From Gemmatimonadota bacterium (GTDB lineage Bacteria; Gemmatimonadota; Gemmatimonadetes; Gemmatimonadales; GWC2-71-9): a stretch of DNA of 64,000 nt. The notes beneath the pieces are model-generated. The model saw only the letters and a program-made list of their open reading frames with translations, had not been told where the DNA came from and ran no database searches. The position numbers and the translations under genes are program-made. Positions 54,939 through 64,000 of this stretch are shown one piece after another; positions within the stretch are counted from its first letter, which is position 1; each line of letters starts with the position of its first letter. The stretch covers positions 4,242 to 68,241 of the forward strand of contig JBDHLU010000005.1 in assembly GCA_039656555.1 (NCBI GenBank), given 5' to 3'.

Positions 54939-57617
54939 TCAGTTCCCTATCCTCTCCCGCAACTCCGTAAACCAATTGTCCACCACCACGACCCGATTTC
55001 CGGTCGACGCAGCGCGAAACCGGTTCATCAAGAACCGCTGACCGTCTGGAGCGATGTCGTACTCGCGAGCGAAGGCTTCGAATGCGTACCCCTGAGTACC
55101 GAACAACGGGGACTGCACACCTGCATTGAACGTGGGGCCCGGAATGATGTCGACTTGGATCAACTGTGCGTTCGCGTTCCGGTAGAACAGACGGTCTCCT
55201 CCGTTTGACCACAGCGGTTCGGCGCCGCCGCCACTGGAGACTTGCCAGCGGGCCTGATCGGTCGGGAATGGCCTGACGTACACCTCTGCCGCTCCCGACT
55301 CGTTGGAGACATAGGCGAGCCACCGTCCATCGGGGGAAAGCGCGGCCGCAGATTCGTTGAACGGCCCGGCAACGACGCCGAGCTCGGTCGTATCGCCGAC
55401 CCGTCGGGCGAAGATATCGCGCCCTGTGGGCGGCCCGTTCAACTGGTAGATCAGCCACTCGCCGTCACGAGAATAAAACGCTTGGACCACCGAACGTTCG
55501 TGATCGAGCACGAGATACGGTGCGGCGCTCCCGTCGGCTCGGCGCGCGTATACGTCGCCGTTCTCGCCGCGATTGGACAGGAACAGAATCTCCTGCCCAT
55601 CCGGGCTCCACGTCGGTCGGAAATTGCGACTGCCCTCGAAAGTCATCTTGGTCGTCGGTCCGCGGTCCAGCTGCTTGATCCATATATGTGTCCCATTGTC
55701 AACAACCTCGAGCGCGAGACGGCTGCCGTCCGGCGAGAGACTCCCGGGCCCGAAATTGCCGGTCCAGGTCGTGTCGACTGCCACGCTGACGCCTTCGCGG
55801 GTGGTCCAACTGATTTGGTCCGGGTCCTCGTCGACGAGGCCGGCCTGGTACATCAACGTGCCCGAGGCCGAAATGGCGATGTCAGACGTTCCCAGGGCCT
55901 CGACGCTGATGCCTTCCAGCAACGGCGTCGGCGGGCCGGTGAGTTCCATTCTATCGATGTCGAAGGGGGCCGCGACGAGCGAACCATCACCGCGAACGAC
56001 GATCAAGTGACCGGTCGGAGACCATCGAACCATCGAGCCCTGCATCAGGATGCGTTGCTCTCCCGTTTCGAGATCGAGCACAGCGATCTCCGACGTCTCG
56101 GCGTTGTACAGCTCGAGCTGAACCGTGAATACAACGCCACGGCCACCAGGCAGCGCATCGGGGAACGTGTGGGCGGCTTCGCCGCGAGTGGTATCCCGGA
56201 ACGTCACCGTCTCGATAGGTCCGCCCGTCGCCGGCATGCGCGACAACCCATCCACGACGCCCTGCCCTCCAAGGCCGGCGACAAAGTACAAGTACCCATC
56301 GTCGGCCCACGTCCCTCCGCCGCGCACGATACCCGAGTCCACCAGGGTCACTGGCGGCTCCCCACTCAACGAGACGATGCGGAGTGCCCTGGGCCCGGTG
56401 ATGAACGCGACGCGATTGCCATCGGGCGAGAAGAAAGGCTGATGCGCGCCCTCCCCCCCCGCGATGGGCTGCGCTTCCAACCGGTTGCGTTCTCGCAACC
56501 ACAGTTGCACGCCATCGTCGTTAGCTCCGGTATACACGAAACGCTTGCCGTCTGGAGAGATGGCGATGTTGCTACCGAAGTTGGTGACTAAACCCGCCTC
56601 GAGTTCAGGAACGTCGAGTTCGTACCGGATGACGGGAGCGGCTGGAGCCGGACTCGAACGCGTGAGTGCCCATCCTGCGGTCGCCGTCATGATGATTGCA
56701 ATTGCCGGCCAAGCGAAGCGCACGATCCCGGTTGAAGGCGTTGGTTCGGCGCTTGGGACACCAACAGTACTCGGCACCGTAAACCCGACGTTCGTGAGCG
56801 CGTCGGCGAACGTGGCAGCCGTCGCAAACCGATCCGCGGGCATCTTGTTCAATGCCTTGATAATCGCCGCGTTGATATGCACCGGGACGGTATCGCGCGT
56901 CGCGGTGACTTGTGGAGCTTTTTCCGTGATCACCTTGGCGACGATCGCTTGGGCGGACGACCCTTGGTAGGGCGGTTCTCCCGCGAGCATTTCGTACAGC
57001 ATGGCACCGAGGGAATAGATGTCACTCCGGGAGTCCAACTCGCGGTCGCCCATGGCCTGTTCGGGCGACATGTAGTGCGGCGTCCCGATCGACAAGCCCG
57101 TTTCGGTGATGCGTTGCCCGCTCGCTTGGCTCACGGCGAGTGCGATCCCGAAGTCCGCGATCATGGCCTGGCCATCGTGCAGGAGCACGTTCTCGGGTTT
57201 GATGTCCCGATGGATCACCCCCTGGCGATGGGCGTAGTCGAGTGCCGAGGCGATGGACCGCGTGATCTCCACTGCATCTTCGATCGACAATTGCTTTTCG
57301 CGGTCGATCTTGTCCCGCAACGTTTCGCCCTCGATGTAGGGCATTACATAATAAAGAAACGAACCGGCGTCACCTGAGTCGTGGAGCGGCAAGATGTGTG
57401 GATGCTGCAGGTTCGCCGTGACTTTGATCTCTTGTAAGAAACGCTCGGCGCCGATGACGGCCGCGAGTTCCGGTCGCAACACCTTCAGCGCGACCTTCCG
57501 GTCGTGCTTCATATCGTGCGCGAGGTACACGGTCGCCATGCCGCCTTCGCCGATGTGACGTTCGATGCGGTAGCGGTCGGCGAGGGCGGTGGATAGTTGG
57601 GAGGTTATTTCGGTCAT
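54939..57617 (-). CDS. Ser/Thr protein kinase with PD40/TolB-like beta-propeller (K2)
   Basis: 892 aa with the same motif set and architecture as K1. TM WPAIAIIMTATAGWAL. Confidence 0.9.
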   Translation of the reverse strand: MTEITSQLSTALADRYRIERHIGEGGMATVYLAHDMKHDRKVALKVLRPELAAVIGAERFLQEIKVTANLQHPHILPLHDSGDAGSFLYYVMPYIEGETLRDKIDREKQLSIEDAVEITRSIASALDYAHRQGVIHRDIKPENVLLHDGQAMIADFGIALAVSQASGQRITETGLSIGTPHYMSPEQAMGDRELDSRSDIYSLGAMLYEMLAGEPPYQGSSAQAIVAKVITEKAPQVTATRDTVPVHINAAIIKALNKMPADRFATAATFADALTNVGFTVPSTVGVPSAEPTPSTGIVRFAWPAIAIIMTATAGWALTRSSPAPAAPVIRYELDVPELEAGLVTNFGSNIAISPDGKRFVYTGANDDGVQLWLRERNRLEAQPIAGGEGAHQPFFSPDGNRVAFITGPRALRIVSLSGEPPVTLVDSGIVRGGGTWADDGYLYFVAGLGGQGVVDGLSRMPATGGPIETVTFRDTTRGEAAHTFPDALPGGRGVVFTVQLELYNAETSEIAVLDLETGEQRILMQGSMVRWSPTGHLIVVRGDGSLVAAPFDIDRMELTGPPTPLLEGISVEALGTSDIAISASGTLMYQAGLVDEDPDQISWTTREGVSVAVDTTWTGNFGPGSLSPDGSRLALEVVDNGTHIWIKQLDRGPTTKMTFEGSRNFRPTWSPDGQEILFLSNRGENGDVYARRADGSAAPYLVLDHERSVVQAFYSRDGEWLIYQLNGPPTGRDIFARRVGDTTELGVVAGPFNESAAALSPDGRWLAYVSNESGAAEVYVRPFPTDQARWQVSSGGGAEPLWSNGGDRLFYRNANAQLIQVDIIPGPTFNAGVQSPLFGTQGYAFEAFAREYDIAPDGQRFLMNRFRAASTGNRVVVVDNWFTELRERIGN

Positions 57618-57719
57618 AAGAAGCGATTTAAGATTACAGAATAGAGATTACAGAATTTAGATTGCCCCACCCCACACCGATTCTTAGATCAGCATTCTGT
57701 GATCCAAATTCTAAAATCA
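57618..57719. repeat. AT-rich 102-bp conserved inter-kinase spacer (copy 2)
   Basis: aagaagcgatttaagattacagaatagagattacagaatttagattgccccaccccacaccgattcttagatcagcattctgtgatccaaattctaaaatca. About 90% identical to copy 1, with the same length and the same position relative to the flanking stop and start. Confidence 0.85.
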
Positions 57720-60434
57720 TCAGTTCCCCATCCTTCGTTTCAGCTCTTCCGCGAAATTCTCGACGACGATCAGCTGTGGTGCGCTGGTGCCACCGGGTGA
57801 TCCGACGAAGACGAAGCGCTGATCGTCCAGGTCGACGTCGTAGTGCCGGCCGTTGGATCCCAGAAAGTAGGAGGCCACCGAAAAGAGGGTGCGTCGTTCC
57901 CCGAACGTGATCGCGTTGCCGCTGCGCGACACGGCAACTGACACGAGATTGAGGTCGCCGTTGACGTAGAACAACTCATCGCCGCTGTGTGACCACAGCG
58001 GCATGCGTCCACCATCGGAAGAGACCTGCCACATCCCGTCGAGTGTATTGGGGAACGGGCGCACCGCTATCTCGTCGCGACCGGTCTTATTGCTCTCGAA
58101 CGCGATCCACCGCCCGTCCCGCGAGATTTCCGCCACCTTTTCGTCGAACGAGGTCACGACGAGTTCGACGACTGCCGTGTCGACGCCCGGGCGATACCCA
58201 TGGATATCGCGTCCGCCCGTCGTGCCACCGATCCCGCCGGCGCGCAGCACGATCCACTCGCCCCCGGGACCCCAGAACGCTTCGGTGATACGCGCCTCGA
58301 GGTCCAGCAACAACTCGGCCGATCCGATGCCATCGGCGCGCCGTTGATAGAGATCGTAGGAGGAACCCTGCCTCGTCGACAAGAACGTCACCGACCGACC
58401 GTCCGGCGTCCAACGCGGCCTGAAGTTGCGGTCGCCTTCGAACGTCAGGCGGGTAGCGGGTCCGTCAGGGAGGTCCTTGATCCAAATGTCGGCCGTCTGA
58501 TCCTGCACGCGGAGCGCCAGACGGGTGCCGTCGGGAGAGAGAGACAGTCCGCCATTACCGGTGAAGGAAAAAGCCCAGTTTGGATCGAGGACCTGGGCAC
58601 GACCGTCGCGATCTACCCAATAGGCAGTCGACGTTGCCTGCCCGGGTTCGCCCTGGACGTATGTGAGCGTCCCGTTTCTCGATAATTCCAAGTCGACGGA
58701 ACCGGCGTTGTCCACCATAATCCCCTCGAACAGGGAAACCGCCGGACCGGTCAATTCGAGCGCGTCGGTGTCGAATGGAGCGGCGAGCAGCGCGCCGTCG
58801 GCTCGGACGAAGACGATGTGTCCCGAAGGCGAGTACACGGCGTAGATACCCTGCAGCAACGGTTCATGCCGCCCCGTCCTGACATTCAGCACACCGATCT
58901 CCGCGGTACCGAGATCGAGGCCGTGCCGAATGGTGATCAGCACACCCTTTCCGTTCGGGAGTACATGCGGAAAGACGTGTCCGTCCTCACCGGCAGTCGT
59001 GTCGGGGACGGAGGCCGGCTGTGGGGTGCCTCCAGTTTCGGGTATTCGCAGAAGCGGACCAGTCTGATTGGCCACGTAGATGAACCCGTCAGGCCCCCAC
59101 GAGAGTCCCCATCGATTGAATCCGGAATCGGCAAGCGCGACGGGCGGCTCGCCGCCCAACGAAACGATCTTGAGCGTAGCGGGGTTGAGCGTGATGAACG
59201 CGATGCGTTCACCGTCGGGCGAGAACGTTGGTGTCGTCGCGCCTCCGGTTCCTGCGATGACCCGCGCGTCGAGTTGATCGCGCTCGCGCACGTAGATCTG
59301 GGACAGGTTCGGTCCAAGCCCGAGAAATGCCAGTCGCGAATCGTCCGGTGCGAGTGCAATGTTGCCGCCTAACCGCTGAACCAGGTCCACCGACTGATCC
59401 GGATCGGCAGGCATCATGCGGTACCGGGTGACCGGCTTACTGGACTCTGGTTGCATCCAACCGAGCACCGCCGCCACCGACGCGATTGTGGCGACGGCTG
59501 CGAACGCCTTCGTCATGCGGTTCCAAGTTGTGCCAGTCCCCGAAGTCCCCGGTGCCGAGATGCCCATGGCGGTTGCCGGCATCGTGAGCGAGGTGTTAGA
59601 TAGCGCCTCCGTAAACTGAGCTGCCGTGTTAAACCGATCCGCAGGCAGCTTCTCGAGCGCCATGTGAATTGTCGCGGCCACGTGCGGTGGTACCGTGTCC
59701 CGCGCCGCGGTGATCAATGGCGGTTTCTCAGTGATGACCTTCGCGACGATAGCTTGGGCTGTACTCCCCGTATACGGCGGATCTCCCGCCAACATTTCAT
59801 AGAGCATCGCGCCGAGGGAGTACACGTCCGTGCGAGCATCCAACTCACGGTCGCCCATGGCCTGCTCGGGCGACATGTAATTCGGCGTCCCGATCGACAA
59901 CCCGGTTTCGGTAATGCGACTGCCCCCGGCTTGGCTCACGGCAAGGGCGATCCCGAAATCGGCGATCATCGCTTGCCCGTCCTGCATCAACACGTTCTCA
60001 GGCTTGATGTCGCGATGGATCACTCCCTGCCGGTGCGCGTAGTCGAGTGCGCTACCCACGGCCTTCGCGATATCCAGCGCTTCACTGATGCCGAGTTGTT
60101 TTTCTCGATCGAGCTTGTCGCGGAGCGACTCGCCTTCGACGTACGGCATGACGTAGTAGAGCAGCATGCCGCTCGCATCCGAGACGGTTCCGCTGTCATG
60201 GAGCGGCAAAATGTGGGGGTGCTGCAGGTTGGCCGTGACCTTGATCTCGTTCAGGAAACGCTCGGCGCCAATCACCGCGGCCAGTTCCGGTCGCAACACT
60301 TTCAATGCGACCTTGCGGTCATGTTTGACGTCGTGGGCGAGGTACACGGTCGCCATGCCGCCTTCGCCGATGTGGCGCTCGATGCGATAGCGGTCGGCGA
60401 GGGCGGTCGAGAGTTGGGAGGTGATCTCGGGCAT
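57720..60434 (-). CDS. Ser/Thr protein kinase with PD40/TolB-like beta-propeller (K3)
   Basis: 904 aa from ATG 60434 (MPEITSQLSTALADRYRIERHIGEGG), by homology with the K1/K2 N-termini. The 12 extra upstream codons in the track ORF differ from K4 only by non-synonymous changes, which suggests a non-coding leader. Confidence 0.85.
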   Translation of the reverse strand: MPEITSQLSTALADRYRIERHIGEGGMATVYLAHDVKHDRKVALKVLRPELAAVIGAERFLNEIKVTANLQHPHILPLHDSGTVSDASGMLLYYVMPYVEGESLRDKLDREKQLGISEALDIAKAVGSALDYAHRQGVIHRDIKPENVLMQDGQAMIADFGIALAVSQAGGSRITETGLSIGTPNYMSPEQAMGDRELDARTDVYSLGAMLYEMLAGDPPYTGSTAQAIVAKVITEKPPLITAARDTVPPHVAATIHMALEKLPADRFNTAAQFTEALSNTSLTMPATAMGISAPGTSGTGTTWNRMTKAFAAVATIASVAAVLGWMQPESSKPVTRYRMMPADPDQSVDLVQRLGGNIALAPDDSRLAFLGLGPNLSQIYVRERDQLDARVIAGTGGATTPTFSPDGERIAFITLNPATLKIVSLGGEPPVALADSGFNRWGLSWGPDGFIYVANQTGPLLRIPETGGTPQPASVPDTTAGEDGHVFPHVLPNGKGVLITIRHGLDLGTAEIGVLNVRTGRHEPLLQGIYAVYSPSGHIVFVRADGALLAAPFDTDALELTGPAVSLFEGIMVDNAGSVDLELSRNGTLTYVQGEPGQATSTAYWVDRDGRAQVLDPNWAFSFTGNGGLSLSPDGTRLALRVQDQTADIWIKDLPDGPATRLTFEGDRNFRPRWTPDGRSVTFLSTRQGSSYDLYQRRADGIGSAELLLDLEARITEAFWGPGGEWIVLRAGGIGGTTGGRDIHGYRPGVDTAVVELVVTSFDEKVAEISRDGRWIAFESNKTGRDEIAVRPFPNTLDGMWQVSSDGGRMPLWSHSGDELFYVNGDLNLVSVAVSRSGNAITFGERRTLFSVASYFLGSNGRHYDVDLDDQRFVFVGSPGGTSAPQLIVVENFAEELKRRMGN

Positions 60435-60515
60435 CGGACTAAGATGGGGTTCGTAACGGGGTTTCGCCATCCACGGCTGAAGCCGCGGCTCGGCTAGAAG
60501 ACTGCCGCTAGCTTA

Positions 60516-60638
60516 CTCGTCGAGCGTTGGCGGCCGGGCGACGAGCGGCCCGAGACAGTTGACGGCGAGCTGCGCTGGGAATTGAGCGTAGGAGTGTCGG
60601 GAGCGTTGGACGTCGCGAAGCTTTTCAAGAATCTCTAG
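60516..60638 (+). pseudogene. 3' remnant of a Uma2-family endonuclease gene
   Basis: It translates as ..ERWRPGDERPETVDGELRWELSVGVSGALDVAKLFKNL*. This parallels the last ~40 codons of the intact Uma2 gene (..ERWCIGNERPEIVDGELRWELSVGVSGVVDVAALFEKL*, 63856-63975). No 5' part is present. Confidence 0.7.
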
Positions 60639-60690
60639 CTCCGGCCAGCAAATCTCAGGTTTGTAATCTGTAATCTAAGATCTCGAATCA

Positions 60691-63327
60691 TCATCGCCCC
60701 GTCGTCATCTCCCGTATGATTTCCGTCCAGTTCTGAATCCAGATCAAACCCCTCGCCCCCTGGCCACCCTCTTGGTCGATGATCAGAATATCTTCGCCGT
60801 TGGGATGGATGTCGTAGTTGGGCGCAAGATTGTCTAGGTCGGTAACCGTTCCTCGAGACACACGCGAGGCAATGCGGAACCCGGAGTCCACCGATACTGT
60901 GGAAGCGATGAGCGTATTCGAGCTGACGAAGTACAGCTCGGCGCCGTCGGGAGACCATCGCGGAGCCCTGCCGCCCTCGGTCGATACTTGGTAGTGGCCG
61001 CCCTCGCCGGTCGTCGCCACCACATAGATCTCGTTGCTTCCGGATCGATCGGAGGTGTAGGCCAACCAACGCCCGTCTGGAGAAATCTGCGCCTCCCATT
61101 CATCGAACTCGGACTCGAGAACCCATCGTGGCGTCGAGTCGCCCAACGTAAGGAACCCTATATCCACAGTGCCGTTGCGGTCCGCCACGATCGCCAGCGT
61201 CTGGCCGTCCGGGAACCACGACTGGGGGTAGGCTTCGTAGTCAGACACGAGCAGGCGCTCGGCCGTGCCGCTCCCGTCCGATGGCTTCCAATACAGTTGA
61301 CCGACCTCGTCATTTCGGTCGCTCGAGAAGACAACGCGACTGCCGTCCCGCGTCCACACCGGCGCACGATTGCGAGTGCCTTCCGCCGTGAGGTTGGGCA
61401 TCGTGCCCTGGTCGATATCGAAGATCCAAATGTCGACGCGGCTGCCGACGTCCGAGAAGACGAACGCGACGCGCCGGCCGTCTGGTGAAAAGGTGGGGTT
61501 TTCCAGATTGCCATCTTGCGGCAGCTCGAGGGTCGTTGATCCGTTGGGGCCCACAAGGGCCAAGACCTCGGCCCTACTGCCGACCCCGGGCTGATAGGCC
61601 AAACCGCCTTCGGCCGACAGGGCGAACTCTCCGAGGCTGGGCCCAGCCAATCGCAGCCCGTCGAGAATGGCCATTGCCTGACCCGTGGTGCGCTGGGCAC
61701 TGGGATCGAACGGTTGGGCCAGGAGCGAACCATCCGCGCCCGAGAACACCAGATAACCGGAGGCGTACCTCGCGTATGTGCCAAACCCAATCGTGTCGAT
61801 GCTACCACTCTCGAGATCCACGACGACGATCCGAGCCTCTGCAGGACTACTACCTGCCACTCGGGCCAGCGTTGCCACTCCCCCAGGGAGCGCCGATGGA
61901 TGGATCAAACGCATGTCCGCCGGGGTCGGCACCGGAGTCGCTACTCCGCCGCCGGCCGGCACGGTATGCAACGAGTTGTTGTCCGAGAAAATTATGACGT
62001 CGTTGTCACCCCAACTGGCGCCCTCCGCTCTAGCAATCTCGAATATAGGCACCGGTGGCCCACCGGTCATCGGGACCTTCCGAATGCGACCGTCGGAATA
62101 GAATCCCAACCAGCGTCCATCCGGCGAAAAGAACGGAATCGACGCGTCGTCGGTACCGGGGATCTCTTCGGCCTCCAGTTGCCCAAGTCGCCTTCGGTAC
62201 AGCGGCGAGCGACCTTCACCGCCTCCACCACCCACGAAGACCATCCACTCGCCGTCCGGTGAGAGCGCGACCGTTGGGCCGCAGCATCTGCTATAACCGA
62301 GGACACCTTCGGGTGCGGGAACCAGAAAACGCGTCAGCCGAATTTCTGGGGTGCTGGTGGTCATGCGGCCGCCGAGAAACACGACAGTCAATACTAATGC
62401 CGCTCCAAGGAGGAGTAGTGCCGTAGATTTTCTCGATCGCGTCGCGACCGGTATCGATTCCGCAGGCATCGTCGCAGTCGACGGAATCGTGAACGCCGTG
62501 TTCGTCAACGCGTCCGCAAATGTGGCCGCCGTACTGAACCGATCGGCCGGCATCTTGTTCAACGCTTTGATAATCGCGGCGTTGATGTGTCCGGGGACCG
62601 TGTCTCGCGCGGCCGTAACCGGTGGTGCCTTCTCGGTAATGACCTTGGCCACGATCGCCTGCGCCGAGCTGCCTTGATAGGGCGGCTCACCCGCGAGCAT
62701 CTCGTAGAGCATCGCGCCAAGAGAGTACACGTCGCTCCGCGCGTCGAGTTCACGGTCGCCCATCGCCTGTTCGGGCGACATGTAATGCGGCGTCCCGATC
62801 GACAAACCCGTTTCCGTCAGGCGTTGACCGCTCGCATGACTCACGGCGAGGGCTATCCCGAAATCCGCGACGAGCGCTTGGCCGTCGTGAATCAGGATGT
62901 TCTCGGGTTTGATGTCGCGATGGATCACGCCTTGCCGGTGCGCGTAGTCGAGCGCCGAGGCAATCGATCGCGTGATGTCGATCGCGTCCTCGATCGCGAG
63001 TTGCTTTTCACGATCGAGTTTGTCGCGCAGCGTATCACCCTCGATGTAGGGCATGACATAATAAAGGAAAGAGCCCGCGTCACCCGAATCGTGGAGCGGG
63101 AGGATATGCGGGTGCTGCAAGTTCGCCGTGACTCTGATCTCCTGCAGGAATCGCTCGGAGCCGATGACGGCCGCAAGCTCCGGTCGCAAGACTTTCAAAG
63201 CGACCTTACGGTCGTGTTTGAGGTCGTGGGCAAGGTACACGGTCGCCATGCCCCCCTCGCCGATGTGGGACTCGATCTTGTAGCGGTCGGACAGGGCGGT
63301 GGAGAGTTGGGAGGTTATTTCAGGCAT
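60691..63327 (-). CDS. Ser/Thr protein kinase with PD40/TolB-like beta-propeller (K4)
   Basis: 878 aa from ATG 63327 (MPEITSQLSTALSDRYKIESHIGEGG). The kinase domain is nearly identical to K2 by eye. TM ALLLLGAALVLTVVFLGG. PD40-type blades (..LSPDGEWMVF.., ..FSPDGRWLGF.., ..FSPDGRRVAF.., ..ISPDGRWLAY.., ..WSPDGAELYF..). Confidence 0.85.
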   Translation of the reverse strand: MPEITSQLSTALSDRYKIESHIGEGGMATVYLAHDLKHDRKVALKVLRPELAAVIGSERFLQEIRVTANLQHPHILPLHDSGDAGSFLYYVMPYIEGDTLRDKLDREKQLAIEDAIDITRSIASALDYAHRQGVIHRDIKPENILIHDGQALVADFGIALAVSHASGQRLTETGLSIGTPHYMSPEQAMGDRELDARSDVYSLGAMLYEMLAGEPPYQGSSAQAIVAKVITEKAPPVTAARDTVPGHINAAIIKALNKMPADRFSTAATFADALTNTAFTIPSTATMPAESIPVATRSRKSTALLLLGAALVLTVVFLGGRMTTSTPEIRLTRFLVPAPEGVLGYSRCCGPTVALSPDGEWMVFVGGGGGEGRSPLYRRRLGQLEAEEIPGTDDASIPFFSPDGRWLGFYSDGRIRKVPMTGGPPVPIFEIARAEGASWGDNDVIIFSDNNSLHTVPAGGGVATPVPTPADMRLIHPSALPGGVATLARVAGSSPAEARIVVVDLESGSIDTIGFGTYARYASGYLVFSGADGSLLAQPFDPSAQRTTGQAMAILDGLRLAGPSLGEFALSAEGGLAYQPGVGSRAEVLALVGPNGSTTLELPQDGNLENPTFSPDGRRVAFVFSDVGSRVDIWIFDIDQGTMPNLTAEGTRNRAPVWTRDGSRVVFSSDRNDEVGQLYWKPSDGSGTAERLLVSDYEAYPQSWFPDGQTLAIVADRNGTVDIGFLTLGDSTPRWVLESEFDEWEAQISPDGRWLAYTSDRSGSNEIYVVATTGEGGHYQVSTEGGRAPRWSPDGAELYFVSSNTLIASTVSVDSGFRIASRVSRGTVTDLDNLAPNYDIHPNGEDILIIDQEGGQGARGLIWIQNWTEIIREMTTGR

Positions 63328-63426
63328 CGGACTAAGATGGCGTTTGTAACGCGATTTCGCCATGTGGCTGCTCGGCCATGCAGGCATGCGTTGCGAACCT
63401 CGGCCGAGGAAGGTCAGATTGTGGGT

Positions 63427-63975
63427 ATGCCAGCACAGCAAGAGATCACCACAATTGAGGCACTACTCGCGTTGCCGGATGATGGCATGCGGCACGAGCT
63501 GCTGGACGGCGAGCACGTCGTGACGCCATCACCCCGTTTCGTGCACCAGCTCGTCTTGGGAGAAGTGTGGGAACACCTTCGTGATGCCGTCGGTGATCGG
63601 GATGACATCGATGTGCTCTCGAGTCCGGCCGATATCTATTTGGGTCCGCGTACGCTGGTGCAACCGGACCTGTTCATCGTGTCGGTCGACTCCGAGCGCC
63701 GGGCGAATATCGCGTGGAAAGACGTGTCAACCCCATTGCTGGCGGTCGAGATACTCTCGCCTTCGACGGCATCTCGAGATCGCGGGAAGAAACGCCGGAT
63801 CTATCTAGAGGCAGGGATCGAGGAATACTGGATCGTGGATATCGATGCGAGGCTCATCGAACGTTGGTGCATCGGGAACGAGCGGCCCGAGATCGTCGAT
63901 GGTGAGCTACGCTGGGAATTGAGCGTCGGAGTGTCTGGGGTGGTGGATGTGGCGGCGCTTTTCGAGAAACTTTAG
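63427..63975 (+). CDS. Uma2-family (DUF820) putative restriction-endonuclease-like protein
   Basis: 182 aa from ATG 63427. ..GMRHELLDGEHVVTPSP...QPDLFIV...PLLAVEILSPSTASRDRGKKRRIYLEAGIEEYWIVD.. carries the PD-(D/E)xK-like Uma2 signature. The upstream ~840 nt of the track ORF is antisense to K4 and was discarded. Confidence 0.8.
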   Translation: MPAQQEITTIEALLALPDDGMRHELLDGEHVVTPSPRFVHQLVLGEVWEHLRDAVGDRDDIDVLSSPADIYLGPRTLVQPDLFIVSVDSERRANIAWKDVSTPLLAVEILSPSTASRDRGKKRRIYLEAGIEEYWIVDIDARLIERWCIGNERPEIVDGELRWELSVGVSGVVDVAALFEKL

Positions 63976-64000
63976 GTCCCGCCCACAGTTCCTCGGTCAC

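Noticed and set aside
60435-60470. Upstream MAKPRYEPHLSP extension of K3, and the longer extension of K4 to 63441
   Set aside because: K1 and K2 start at the homologous MTEITS. The K3/K4 upstream segment differs at 4 nucleotide positions, all of them amino-acid-changing, which argues for a conserved non-coding leader rather than a peptide.
62587-63426. N-terminal ~280 aa of the 462-aa plus-strand ORF 62587..63975
   Set aside because: This part is antisense to the K4 kinase domain and has no coding features. Only the last 182 codons, from ATG 63427, form the Uma2 gene.
63976-64000. The right-edge sequence gcccacagttcctcgg resembles the left-edge sequence ggccacagttcctgca (positions 1-16)
   Set aside because: This is only an 11-nt match (ccacagttcct). 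It could be coincidence or the C-terminus of another GT39 paralog beginning beyond the window. It cannot be evaluated from the available sequence.
1-64000. Search for tRNA, rRNA, transposase, integrase or phage genes
   Set aside because: Reading both strands, I recognised no cloverleaf-like conserved tRNA motifs, no rRNA-like segments and no recombinase-like ORFs. A tRNAscan or Infernal run would still be needed to exclude small RNAs.

Overview
High-GC (about 63-66% by eye), densely packed bacterial chromosomal segment with about 55 protein genes, mostly on the minus strand, many with 1-4 nt start/stop overlaps. The gene content looks like Gemmatimonadota or Acidobacteriota (inference only): two ADOP-type duplicated orphan permeases, a 6-bladed beta-propeller lipoprotein, six membrane Ser/Thr kinases with PD40 or TPR ectodomains, M28 peptidases and GT39 glycosyltransferases. 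The left ~34 kb is housekeeping, redox-repair and envelope genes: a GMC oxidoreductase trio, msrA, an OsmC-like gene, a Mo-hydroxylase operon with yggX, thrB, an ECF-sigma plus MacAB-TolC operon, asnB, GT39, nth and a GAF gene. The right ~30 kb looks accessory: two ADOP permeases, one large orphan secreted protein, two kinase-TPR genes, four tandem kinase-PD40 paralogs, Uma2 endonuclease copies, and several intergenic repeat families. I recognised no rRNA, tRNA, CRISPR array, transposase or integrase. Items most worth a second look: (1) an OsmC-family gene split by an in-frame TGA exactly at the catalytic-Cys position, with a SECIS-like hairpin downstream (candidate selenoprotein); (2) a 21-bp tandem-repeat array of 14 clean plus about 5 decayed units, each holding a small palindrome, in a 573-bp divergent promoter region; (3) four tandem kinase-PD40 paralogs with conserved kinase domains and diverged ectodomains, separated by ~90% identical AT-rich 102-bp spacers; (4) a GC-rich REP-like repeat cluster that appears to have truncated a neighbouring gene. 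All family assignments come from motif recognition by eye. No database search was run.
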